A DNA stretch of 64,000 bases from an uncultured delta proteobacterium (GTDB taxonomy: Bacteria; Myxococcota_A; UBA9160; UBA4427). The notes under the pieces are model-generated. The model was not told the DNA's origin, did not search any database, and saw nothing but the letters and a program-made list of their open reading frames with translations. Numbering within the stretch: the stretch's first letter is position 1; each line of letters opens with the position of its first letter. Location of the stretch: positions 32,001-96,000 of the forward strand of contig CAWGJT010000009.1 in assembly GCA_963822965.1 (NCBI GenBank), in the 5' to 3' direction. Made by a program: the position numbers and the translations under genes. This document shows, one piece after another, positions 52,000 through 61,533 of this stretch.

Positions 52000-52754
52000 A
52001 TGACGGACGCGAAGACGTGGATCGTCGTCCCGTGCTACGACGAAGCGGGACGCCTGCGCGAGGACGAGTTCGCGCGCTTCGCGAGCGAGCATCCGGACGT
52101 CCACTTCCTCTTCGTCGACGACGGCAGCCGCGACGCCACGGCATCGCGGCTGGCCGCCATGGCCGCCGGCAACCCGGGGGTCTCGGTCGTCTCGCTGCCC
52201 CAGAACCAGGGCAAGGCGGAAGCCGTTCGCCGGGGCATGAACGAGGCCTTCCAGGCGGGCGCGCGTGTACGCCGGCTACTGGGACGCGGATCTCGCCACG
52301 CCCCTGGACGAGATTCCCCGCTTCGTCGACACCCTGGACGCCCATCCGGCGCTCGAGGTGCTCCTCGGATCGCGCGTGCAGCTGCTGGGTCGATGCATCG
52401 AGCGCAAGGCCAGCCGGCACTACCTCGGGCGCGTCGGCGCCACCGCCATCTCTCTCGCCCTGGGCCTGCCCGTCTACGACACCCAATGCGGCGCCAAGCT
52501 CTTCCGGGTCTCGCCGGACTGCAAGTCGGTCTTCGCCGAGCCCTTCCTGGCGGGCTGGGTGTTCGACGTCGAGATCGTCGCGCGCATGATCGCCGCTCGG
52601 CGGGGTACGGGGCGTGCGGGGGTCGGCGGAGGTGATGCGCGAGATTCCGCTCTGGGAGTGGCGCGACGTCGCCGGATCGCAGGTCCGTCCGCTGGACTTC
52701 TTCCGCTCGCTCCTCGAGCTGGTCCGGATCCGCCGCCGCTATCTGCGCGGCTGA
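52000..52754 (+). CDS. GT2, dolichyl/polyprenyl-phosphate glucosyltransferase (Alg5)-like (frameshifted)
   Basis: [46 protein letters not shown]. Confidence 0.88.
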
Positions 52755-54359
52755 GCGGCCGGCGGGAGGCTCCGGCGAGAGCGGTCGCAGGTTGAGCCGC
52801 AGGATCGCTCCCAGCGACCCGCCGCGAAGAGCGGCGCGCGGGTCGCGCTCCGGATGTCGTCGTAGAGGGCGTGGTGCGCCGGATCGACGAGCAGGTTCTC
52901 GTCCCGCTCCAGGCTCTCGCGATAGCCGCGCGGAACGCGCCGGAAGTAGTGTCCCACCCGCCAGTGGACGGGGATCGATCATCGGCATGCGTGCGAGCAG
53001 CGGGTCTGCGAGCGCGCAGCGGTCCGCGAGGAAGTCGTCGCGGCAGGCCGTGAAGCCCTCGTAGCCGAGCTCGCCGCAGATGTTCCGGACGACGACGGCG
53101 CCGCCGGCGTCCGGTACAGTTGGAGCCCGCATGCAGGTCGCGCTCTGCCTCGGGGGCGAGCAGGCCGCGCCGTGGATAGTAGAAGCCGCGTTCGTCGGAG
53201 ATGCCGCGATCGGCGACGATCCGCTCCTCGTCCCGGACGGAGTAGTCGGGCCCCGCTCGCAGCGGCGCACTCGCGTGCACGAGCGAGAGCACAGGCACAG
53301 CCGCGGCGAGCGCGCCGAAGCGGAGCGCGGGCCACCGAAGGTGGACCAGCCCTGCGACCCCTGCCAGGAAGGGCAGCGCCAAGAAGCGGCCCGCCATGAA
53401 GTCGCCGCCGATCCGCACGACGTAGAGCAGCTGCAGCCCGATGCCGGCGGCGAAGCACGCCGCGTCGGGACGGCGGTTCCGGATCGCGTCCCCCACCGCG
53501 AGGCCGACCGCGAAGACGGGAATCAGCAAGGTCGCCGGGTCCGTGCGCGCGGCGTGGACGAGGTAGAAGATTCCCTGCTCGAGCAGCAGCGCGGGGTCGA
53601 TGCCCGTCGCGAGCTTCGCCTGGAAGGTGTTCGGGAAGGGGGTGCCGTAGTAGACGAGCGCAAAGGCGAGCCACGCCAGGGCGGGTGCCGCGCCGGCCGC
53701 GACCGCCGCCAGCAGGCGCCGGGCGGGAGCGCCCCCGCGCAGCGCCTGCACCAGGCGCAGGCCGCCGGCGGGCGCCAGCAGCAGCACGGAATCCATCCGG
53801 TTGAGGAACGCCAGCGAGGCGAGCAGTCCGAGCCATCCGAGCCGCCGCGCTCGGACCCGACACGCTCGACGGGCCGGAAGTACGCGTTCGCGAAGAGCGC
53901 CAGCAGCAGGTAGGAGAGCGGCGTCTCGAGCCCCGAGCTCGTGTAGTCCACGAAGGCCTTGGAGGACACGAGACAGACGACGGCGGCGGCCGCCGCCCCG
54001 AAGCGTCGCTCGCGCACCGCGGCGAGGACAAGCGCCGCGACCCCGGCCGTCGAAGCGACGAGCGAGACGAGGATCGGCGTGTAGAAGGCCTCGCGCGTCG
54101 CGGCGTAGAACGGCGCCAGCACGAAGAGCCAGAGCGGGTGCGTGTAGGACTGGACCCGCTCGGCCAGGTTGAAGCGCAGCCCGTCGCCGTTCACGAAGTG
54201 ATCGATGGTGCGGAACGTGATCAGCCCGTCGTCCGAGAGCCACGCGCTGCGGAGCATGGCGTATGCCAGGAGCAGCGCGCTTCCGGCCAGGAGGAGCTGC
54301 GATCGGCGCGCGAGGGTCACCCGGAACGTCGCGGAATCGGGCAAGGCGGGTCGAAGCAT
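52739..54359 (-). CDS. AftB-like (terminal arabinofuranosyltransferase-like) GT-C protein (frameshifted; ends approximate)
   Basis: [11 protein letters not shown].....G.G.RFN..ERVQ.YT.PLW, GLETPL, RMD, YYG..FPNT..AK, GGDFM.GRF. Confidence 0.7.
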
Positions 54360-54370
54360 ACTACAGTTGA

Positions 54371-56509
54371 GTGCCCCTCCGGATGCCGCAGAGCCCTTCC
54401 GGAAGCGCTCTTCCGGAGAGCGTGCGAGAACCCGTGACACGACCGGTGAAACGCGCGGCGAGACGCGCGGCGAGAGCAGCGAGACGCGCGGCGAGTCGAT
54501 CACCGGCTCCGGACCCGGGCGCAGACGCGCGCCTCTCCCGCTGGCAGCTCGCCCTGGGCATGCTGGTCCTCGGGATCTCCGCCGTCTTCCTCTTCGACGC
54601 CGTGGAGCGCGATCCCGCCGTTCCCTTCCTGACCCACACGCACGATCCCGAGTGGATCGCCGTCTACAGCGACCCCGAGACGAACGCGATCCGGGTGGAT
54701 CCCGACGACGTTCCCGTCCAGACCTTCTGGAAGGCCTTCGACCTGCCCGCCCGCCCCGCCGAGGCCCGACTGCACCTGCGGGCACTCGGCGACGCGCAGG
54801 TGCGGCTGAACGGGGAGCCGCTGTGGCGCTCGGACCCCGCGCGCAGCTGGAAGCGGCAGAACGAGGTCGACGCGACCCCGGCGCTCCGACCCGGGAGCAA
54901 CGAAATCCGCGTGCGCGTGGCGAACCCGCGCGGACCCGCCCTGCTGCAGCTGCGGCTCGCGGACGGCGCGGGGCGCGTCCTGCTCGAGACGGACGCCAGC
55001 TGGCAGGCCGTCGATTCGCGCGGCGTCGCCGCCGCGACGATGCGCGCGGACGACACGCGCCCCCATCCCGAGTCGTTCTTCATGAGCTCCACGGGCAGCG
55101 TGCTGGTCGCCAAGGCCCCCGTGCTCGGGCTCCTCTTCGCGCTGGGGGCCGCCCTGCACCTGGCCCTGCGGCGCACCCTGCCCCGCTCCGCCGCGGCCCG
55201 TGCGCCCCTCGCGGTCTTGGTCGGCGTCGTGGCCTTCCACGTGCTGGTCTACGCGCTCCGCACCTCCCGGCTGCCCGTAGTCATGGGCTTCGACGTGATC
55301 GGGCACCTGGCCTACATCGACTACCTGCTCGCCCATCGCGCGCTCCCCCTCGCGACCGACGGCGGATCCATGTATCACCCGCCCCTCGGCCACGCGCTGA
55401 TCGCCGGCCTCGTCGCGCTGACGGACGTGTCCCGCGACGCGGCGGCGGGCCGCTGGCTCTACCGGCTGCCGACCTTCCTCGCCGCCCTCGGGAACGTCTT
55501 CGCGGCCTGGCTCACCGCGCGGCGCCTCTTCGACGACGACCCCCTGCGAACGAGCCTGGCGGTGGCCTTCGCGGGCCTGCTGCCGATGAACGTCTACATG
55601 GGCGCGTACGTGTCGAACGAGCCGATCCACTCCTTCTTCGTGAGCCTCGCGCTGTGCATCGCGTGCGGGCTGCTCATGCGCGCGAACACACCGCCGTCCC
55701 GGGTGGCGGCCCTCACCGGCTCGCTCGGTCTCGCGATCCTGACGAAGTTCACCGCGCTGCTGGCCGTGCCGCTGTCCGCCGCGTTCGTCGCCGCGAAGGT
55801 ACGGCTGGTCGATCGCGCGTCCGCGCTGCGAGCCCTCGCCACGGCGGGCGCGATGCTCGCCGGGGTCGCGGCGCTCGCCGGCTGGGTCTACGTCCGGAAC
55901 TGGCAGCTCTTCGGCCGGCCGGTGGTCGGCAACTGGGACGTGCCGGGAGGCGTCGTGTGGTGGGAGCAGCCGGGCTACCACACCGCCGCCTACTACACGA
56001 GCTTCGGGCAGGCGCTCTCCTACCCGTTCTTCTCGGGCTACGCGTCGTTCTGGGACGGCCTCTACTCCACCTTCTGGGGCGACGGGCTGGTGGCCGGCAT
56101 GGCCCGCCTCTCCACCCGCCACGACGCCTGGAGCTACGACTTCATGACCGCGGGCTACTGGCTGGCCTTCCCGGCGACGGTCCTCCTCTTCGCCGGCTTC
56201 GGCCGCGCCGTGGCCTTCGCCTTCCGCGAAGACGAGATCGGGCGGCGTCTCGCGATGAGCCTGCTGGTGGCGTTCCTCTACGCGGCGGCCTTCGCGCTGC
56301 TCTCGATCACCTTGCGACTTCCCTATTACGCCCAGGCCAAGGCCTTCTACGTGCTGTCCGCGATCGTTCCGCTCTCGGTGGTCGGCGCGCTGGGCCTGGC
56401 CTGGCTCCTGGAACGGCTCTCGACGCCCGGCTGGCTTCCCGTGCGCATGCTCTACAGCGGCTGGCTGGCCACCCTGGCGGGCTCGCTCGTCCTGTCGTTC
56501 CTCGGCTAG
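54371..56509 (+). CDS. GT-C-like membrane protein with an N-terminal periplasmic beta-sandwich domain (start uncertain)
   Basis: TM1, soluble WI...F.....L......V.LNG...L.PG.N.I.VRV domain, then GFDVIGH, YHPPL, VSNE, TKFT, RNW..FG.P, QAKAFY. Confidence 0.65.
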   Translation: MPLRMPQSPSGSALPESVREPVTRPVKRAARRAARAARRAASRSPAPDPGADARLSRWQLALGMLVLGISAVFLFDAVERDPAVPFLTHTHDPEWIAVYSDPETNAIRVDPDDVPVQTFWKAFDLPARPAEARLHLRALGDAQVRLNGEPLWRSDPARSWKRQNEVDATPALRPGSNEIRVRVANPRGPALLQLRLADGAGRVLLETDASWQAVDSRGVAAATMRADDTRPHPESFFMSSTGSVLVAKAPVLGLLFALGAALHLALRRTLPRSAAARAPLAVLVGVVAFHVLVYALRTSRLPVVMGFDVIGHLAYIDYLLAHRALPLATDGGSMYHPPLGHALIAGLVALTDVSRDAAAGRWLYRLPTFLAALGNVFAAWLTARRLFDDDPLRTSLAVAFAGLLPMNVYMGAYVSNEPIHSFFVSLALCIACGLLMRANTPPSRVAALTGSLGLAILTKFTALLAVPLSAAFVAAKVRLVDRASALRALATAGAMLAGVAALAGWVYVRNWQLFGRPVVGNWDVPGGVVWWEQPGYHTAAYYTSFGQALSYPFFSGYASFWDGLYSTFWGDGLVAGMARLSTRHDAWSYDFMTAGYWLAFPATVLLFAGFGRAVAFAFREDEIGRRLAMSLLVAFLYAAAFALLSITLRLPYYAQAKAFYVLSAIVPLSVVGALGLAWLLERLSTPGWLPVRMLYSGWLATLAGSLVLSFLG

Positions 56510-56610
56510 CAGCGCGACCCGAGACGAGTCCTGGGTCGCGGTTCCGCCCCGGCGGACGCCGCCGTCGACCGTTACCTTCACACGCTGCCGAACCCGCCCG
56601 GGAGCGCCGA

Positions 56611-57048
56611 ATGCCTGCCCTCGACATCCGTGGACTGGACCACGTCGTGATCCGGGTCGCCGACCTCGAACGCTCTCTCGCCTTCTACCGCGACGCGCTG
56701 GGATGCGAGGTGGCGCGCCGCATCGACGCCCTCGGCCTGATCCAGCTCCGCGCCGGCGCCGGCCTCATCGACCTGGTCCCCGTGGATTCACCGCTGGGTC
56801 GCGCGGGCGGGGGTCCCGCGCCGGAGGCCGGAGCCGGCGGCCGCAACATGGATCACTTCGCGCTGCAGCTCGCGGCCTTCGACGAGGGGGCGCTGCGCGC
56901 GCACCTCGAGCACCACGGCGTCGCCCCCGGCGACGTGGCACGCCGCTTCGGCGCCCAGGGCGAAGGACCCTCCATGTACATCCGCGACCCCGACGGAAAC
57001 ACCGTCGAGCTCAAGGGTCCTCCCGACGACGCGGCCGACGGTCTGTAG
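56611..57048 (+). CDS. VOC/glyoxalase family protein
   Basis: GLDHVVIRV.D...S..FY...LG, DHFAL, YIRDPDGN.VELK. Confidence 0.9.
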   Translation: MPALDIRGLDHVVIRVADLERSLAFYRDALGCEVARRIDALGLIQLRAGAGLIDLVPVDSPLGRAGGGPAPEAGAGGRNMDHFALQLAAFDEGALRAHLEHHGVAPGDVARRFGAQGEGPSMYIRDPDGNTVELKGPPDDAADGL

Positions 57049-57059
57049 AAGGAAGCTGG

Positions 57060-59249
57060 ATGATCCGCCGCCTCCTGGTCTTCGCCGTGGTCCTGCTCGT
57101 GCTGGCGCTGGCCGTCCTCGAGCTCCTGGGAAGCGGCGTCCTCGGGGAGGCGGGCCAAGCGGGCACACCGACCGCCGCGCCGATTCCCGAGAACGTGACA
57201 CGGGAGCGCAGCAGCACCCAGCAGGTGGCGGCGCGGGATGCCGGTGTTCCGTCTCCGCGCCGGATCCTGTTCGGAGACCTGCACGTCCATTCCACGTTCT
57301 CGACCGACGCGTTCCTCATGAGCCTGCCCATGTCCGGCGGCGACGGGGCCCGTCCCGTCTCGGACGCCTGCGACTTCGCGCGCTACTGCTCGGCCCTCGA
57401 CTTCTGGTCCATCAACGACCACGCCCTCGCCCTCACGCCTCGCCGCTGGCACGAGACCGTCGAAGCGATCCGTGCCTGCAACGCCGTGGCGGGCGACGTC
57501 GAGAGCCCCGACGTCACCGCCTTCCTCGGCTGGGAGTGGACCCAGGTGGGCACCACCCCCGAGAACCACTACGGCCACAAGAACGTCGTCCTGCGCGACC
57601 TGGACGACGCGCACATCCCCAACCGGCCGATCTCCGCGGGTCTGCCTCGCGGCGCCGACGACATGGCCCCGTCCACCCTGTCCCTCGGCATGCTTCCCGT
57701 CCTCCTCGGCCGGCCGGGCATCGACATGGTGAAGTACTTCCGCGAGATGATGGCGACGCCCCACTGTGCGCAGGGGGTTCCCGAGCGCGAGCTGCCCGAC
57801 GACTGCATCGAGTCGGCCGGCACCCCCGACCTGCTCTTCGCGAAGCTCGACGACTGGGGCCACGAGGCCCTCGTGATCCCCCACGGCACCACCTGGGGCT
57901 ACTACACGCCCATGGGCTCGGCGTGGGACAAGCAGCTCACGCGCCCAGATGCACGATCCCGACCGCCAGATCCTCGTCGAGGTGTACTCCGGTCACGGCA
58001 ACTCCGAGGAGTTCCGGTCGTGGCGCGAGGTGATCCTGGAGCCCGACGGCAGCAAGCGCTGTCCCGAGCCCTCGCCGGACTACCTGCCCTCCTGCTGGCA
58101 GGCCGGGGAGATCATCCGCGGCCGCTGCCTCGAGGCCGGCGTCGGCGAGGCGGAGTGCGACGAGCGAGCGAAGGAGGCACGGCAGAACTACGTGAGGAAC
58201 GACGTCGTCGGCCACCGGACCGTGACGGGCGAGAGCCCCGCCGACTGGGGTCGACGCCGGCCAGTGCCGGGACTGCTTCCTGCCGGCCTTCAACTACCGC
58301 CCTCGCAGCACGGTGCAGTACATGCTGGCCCTGGCGCGGACCGACGCGAACGGCGACCCGCTGCGCTTCCGCTTCGGCTCCTGGCCTCGAGCGACAACCA
58401 CTCGGCGCGCCCGGGCACCGGCTACAAGGAGTACGACCGACGGGACATGACCGAGATGCGCTTTGCGAGCTTTCGCGGGGGCATCCTCGGCGGCGGCAGC
58501 GACGGCGAGCCCCGGCCGGAGTCCGTGGCGGAGCCCGAGGTCGACCCGCGGGCCTTCTTCGGCGTGCTCGAGACCGAGCGACAGTCCTCCTTCTTCCTGA
58601 CCGGCGGGCTCGTCGCCGTGCACGCCGAAGGACGCAGCCGCACGCCATCTGGGAGGCCCTGCAGCGCAAGGAGGTCTACGGAACCAGCGGCCCCCGCATC
58701 CTGCTCTGGTTCGACCTGATGAACCCGCCAGGGACCCACGGCGAAGAGGCTCCCATGGGCTCGGCGGTGCGGATGCACGCGAGCGCCGCGTCTTCCGCGT
58801 GCGCGCCGTCGGCTCCTTCGAGCAGCTGCCGGGCTGTCCCCAGTACGCCGAGGCTGCTCTGGGCAGCGAGGGCCTCGCCCGCCTGTGCGCGGGCGAGTGC
58901 TACCACCCGTCCGACGAGCGGAGACGGATCAGCCGCATCGAGGTGGTGCGGATCCGGCCGCAGCAGCGCGCCGACGAGCCCGTCGTGCCGCTCATCGAAG
59001 ACCCGTGGAAGGTGATCCCGTGTCAGCCGGACCCGTCCGGCTGCCGGGTGACGTTCGACCGACCCCGAGTTCGCCGCGGGCGGACGCGACGCCGTCTACT
59101 ACGCGCGAGCCATCGAGGAGCCGAGCCTGGCGGTGAACGCGGACCCGATCGCGTGCCAGGACGTGCCCCTCGAGGACGACTGCCTGGGCGAGGTGGAGGA
59201 GCGAGCCTGGTCGTCGCCCATCTTCGTCGACTTCGAAACGGCGGATTGA
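57060..59249 (+). CDS. DUF3604 family (PHP-fold metallohydrolase-like) exported protein (frameshifted)
   Basis: FGDLHVHS..S.DA, LDFWSINDH, GWEWT, HKNV, IPHG, SSDNH, EVYGTSGPRI, EERAWSSPI. Confidence 0.8.
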
Positions 59250-59273
59250 TCGGCCCGCGCGGCGAAGCAGCGA

Positions 59274-60603
59274 TCAGCCCGGCTCGGCGGAGCGGGGCGG
59301 CAGCAGCACCAGCAGCAGCGCGACGCCCACCACGGCGGACGCCAGCGATCCGCCCAGGATGCCCACCTTGGCGATCTCGGCCGCCCGGCCCGACAGCGCC
59401 AGGCCGTCGATGAAGAGCGCCATCGTGAAGCCGATGCCGGCCAGGAAGCCGCCACCCAGCAGCACGCCCCAGGTGACGCCGTCGGGCAGACGGGCCCACC
59501 CCAGGCGCACCGCCAGGAAGCTCGCCGCCAGGATCCCGACGGGCTTGCCGAGGAAGAGCCCGAGCGCGGTGGCGACGGCGATGGGCTCGCCCACGTCGGC
59601 GAGCGAGAACAGGACCCCGGCGTTGGCCAGGGCGAAGAGCGGCACGATCGCGAAGCTCACCCAGGGATGGAGGCCGCTCTCGAGGCGCTCGAGGGGCGAC
59701 AGCGCCTCGCGGGCCATCAACCGCACGCGCTCCAGCACGCCCCGCCGCTGCTCGTCCGAGTCCCACTCCCCGTGCAGGAACTCGCTCGCCCGTCCCACCA
59801 GCCGCGCGAGACGCCCCTCGCTGATCCAGCTCTCGGCTGGGCGTCATCAGGCCCAGGATCACCCCCGCGATGGTGGCGTGGACGCCGGACTCGTGGAAGC
59901 CGAGCCACACGCCCACCCCCACCACCGCGTAGAAGCCAACGCTCCGCACCCCCGCGCGCGCCATCCCGTGGACGAGCGCGATGCCGGCGAAGGCCGCGAC
60001 CGAGGGCGCCCCAGTGGATGGCGTCCGTGTAGCCGACGGCGATCACGAGGATCGCCCCGATGTCGTCCGCGATGGCGAGGGAGAGCAGCAGCACGCGCAA
60101 GCCGGGCGGCACCCGCGAGCCGAGCACCGCCATGCAGCCGACCACGAAGGCGATGTCCGTGGCCATGGGGATGCCCCAGCCGCGCTGCCCGGGCTCGCCG
60201 TACTGGAACGCCAGGTAGACGGCCGCCGGCACCACCATCCCGCCGAGGGCCGCCGCGATGGGAAGGATCGCCTTGCGCGACCTCCTGCAGCTCGCCGAGC
60301 ACCAGCTCGCGCTTCACCTCGAGGCCGATGACGAAGAAGAAGATCACCATCAGGCCGTCGCTGATCCAGTGCTTGAGCGAGTGGTTCATGGGCTGCGAAG
60401 CCGATGGAGAACTCGGTCTTCCAGACGGCGAGGTAGCTCTCGCCGAGGCCCGAGTTCGCCGCAATCAGGGCGACGGCGCTCGCCAGCACGAGGACGGCGC
60501 CGCCGGCCGCCTCGACGTGGAGGAAGCGGGCGAGCGGGCGGCTGACGCGGTGGATCGGTTCCGAAGGGAAGACGCCCTCGTCGTCGGGCTCGTGGCCGGC
60601 CAT
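59274..60603 (-). CDS. nhaA: Na+/H+ antiporter NhaA (frameshifted)
   Basis: [64 protein letters not shown]. Confidence 0.95.
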
Positions 60604-60661
60604 GGTCGGGCGATGATAGGCTGGGTGCAGGGCGCGCACAGGGGCCGCGGGAGTCGTCACG

Positions 60662-61327
60662 ATGTCGCAGGGGTTCGTCACCGCCCGCGCCAAGGCTTCG
60701 GCCACGCTGCCTCGCGCCTTCGGGCACGCGCTGGCCCTGCGGCGTCCACCCCTGTGCGGCGAGCTCGCGCTCTGGCTCCTCGCCGAAGAGGTCGACCTCG
60801 AAGCCGGCTGCCGGCAGCTGCACGAGGGAGCTTCGCCGCCCTACTGGGCCTTCTGCTGGGGCAGCGGCCAGGGCCTGGCCCGCTGGCTGCTCGATCATCC
60901 CGAAGCCGTGCGGGATCGCCGGGTGGTCGATCTCGGTGCGGGGTCGGGGGTCGCGGGCATCGCCGCCGCGCGGGCCGGCGCCGCCTCCGTCGTGGCGGTG
61001 GACGTGGACACGGACGCGCGCGCGGCGATCCGCGCCAACGCCGCGGCGAACGGGCTCACCGGGGGCGGACTCCGGGTCGCGGCCGCCGTCCCCCCGCGCT
61101 GGGACCTGCTGCTCGCCAGCGACGTCCTCTACGAGCCGGATCTCGCCGCCGTCGTCGCCGCCCACGGCGACCGGGCCCGGGCTTCGGGGGCCGGCGTGCT
61201 GGTCGCGGAGCCCGAGCGGCCGGGCAACCCCGGCTACGCGCTTCCCGCCCTCGCGCGCTACCCCGCGCGCACCGTGCCCGACGTGGACTCGCCCACCGTG
61301 TGGGCGAACGTCTACCGCCTCGCGTGA
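60662..61327 (+). CDS. Class I SAM-dependent methyltransferase (family 16/Nnt1-like, often annotated PrmA-like)
   Basis: PPYWAFCWGSG..LAR, VDLGAGSG, ASDVLYE. Confidence 0.85.
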   Translation: MSQGFVTARAKASATLPRAFGHALALRRPPLCGELALWLLAEEVDLEAGCRQLHEGASPPYWAFCWGSGQGLARWLLDHPEAVRDRRVVDLGAGSGVAGIAAARAGAASVVAVDVDTDARAAIRANAAANGLTGGGLRVAAAVPPRWDLLLASDVLYEPDLAAVVAAHGDRARASGAGVLVAEPERPGNPGYALPALARYPARTVPDVDSPTVWANVYRLA

Positions 61328-61331
61328 ACGA

Positions 61332-61505
61332 TCAGCGGTCGATCTGCTCCTCGACCTCGTCCATCTGCTCCTGCTCGGTCTGCGACTCGGCGCTCTGGGC
61401 GCTCTCGTCCGAGTAGCCCTCGTCCGGCGGCGGCGCGCAGGTGCTGGCGAACGAGAGGCCCGCGGTGGCGATCGACAGGGCCAGCAGGATCCGGGCGGAT
61501 TGCAT
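61332..61505 (-). CDS. Small (57 aa) exported acidic protein, possible lipoprotein
   Basis: MQSARILLALSIATAGLSFASTCAPPPDEGYSDESAQSAESQTEQEQMDEVEEQIDR*; strong AGGAGGT SD; fills the gap between pcrA and the methyltransferase; below the ORF-track size cutoff. Confidence 0.7.
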   Translation of the reverse strand: MQSARILLALSIATAGLSFASTCAPPPDEGYSDESAQSAESQTEQEQMDEVEEQIDR

Positions 61506-61533
61506 GGGGGCGACCTCCTTCGGGCGAGCGGCT

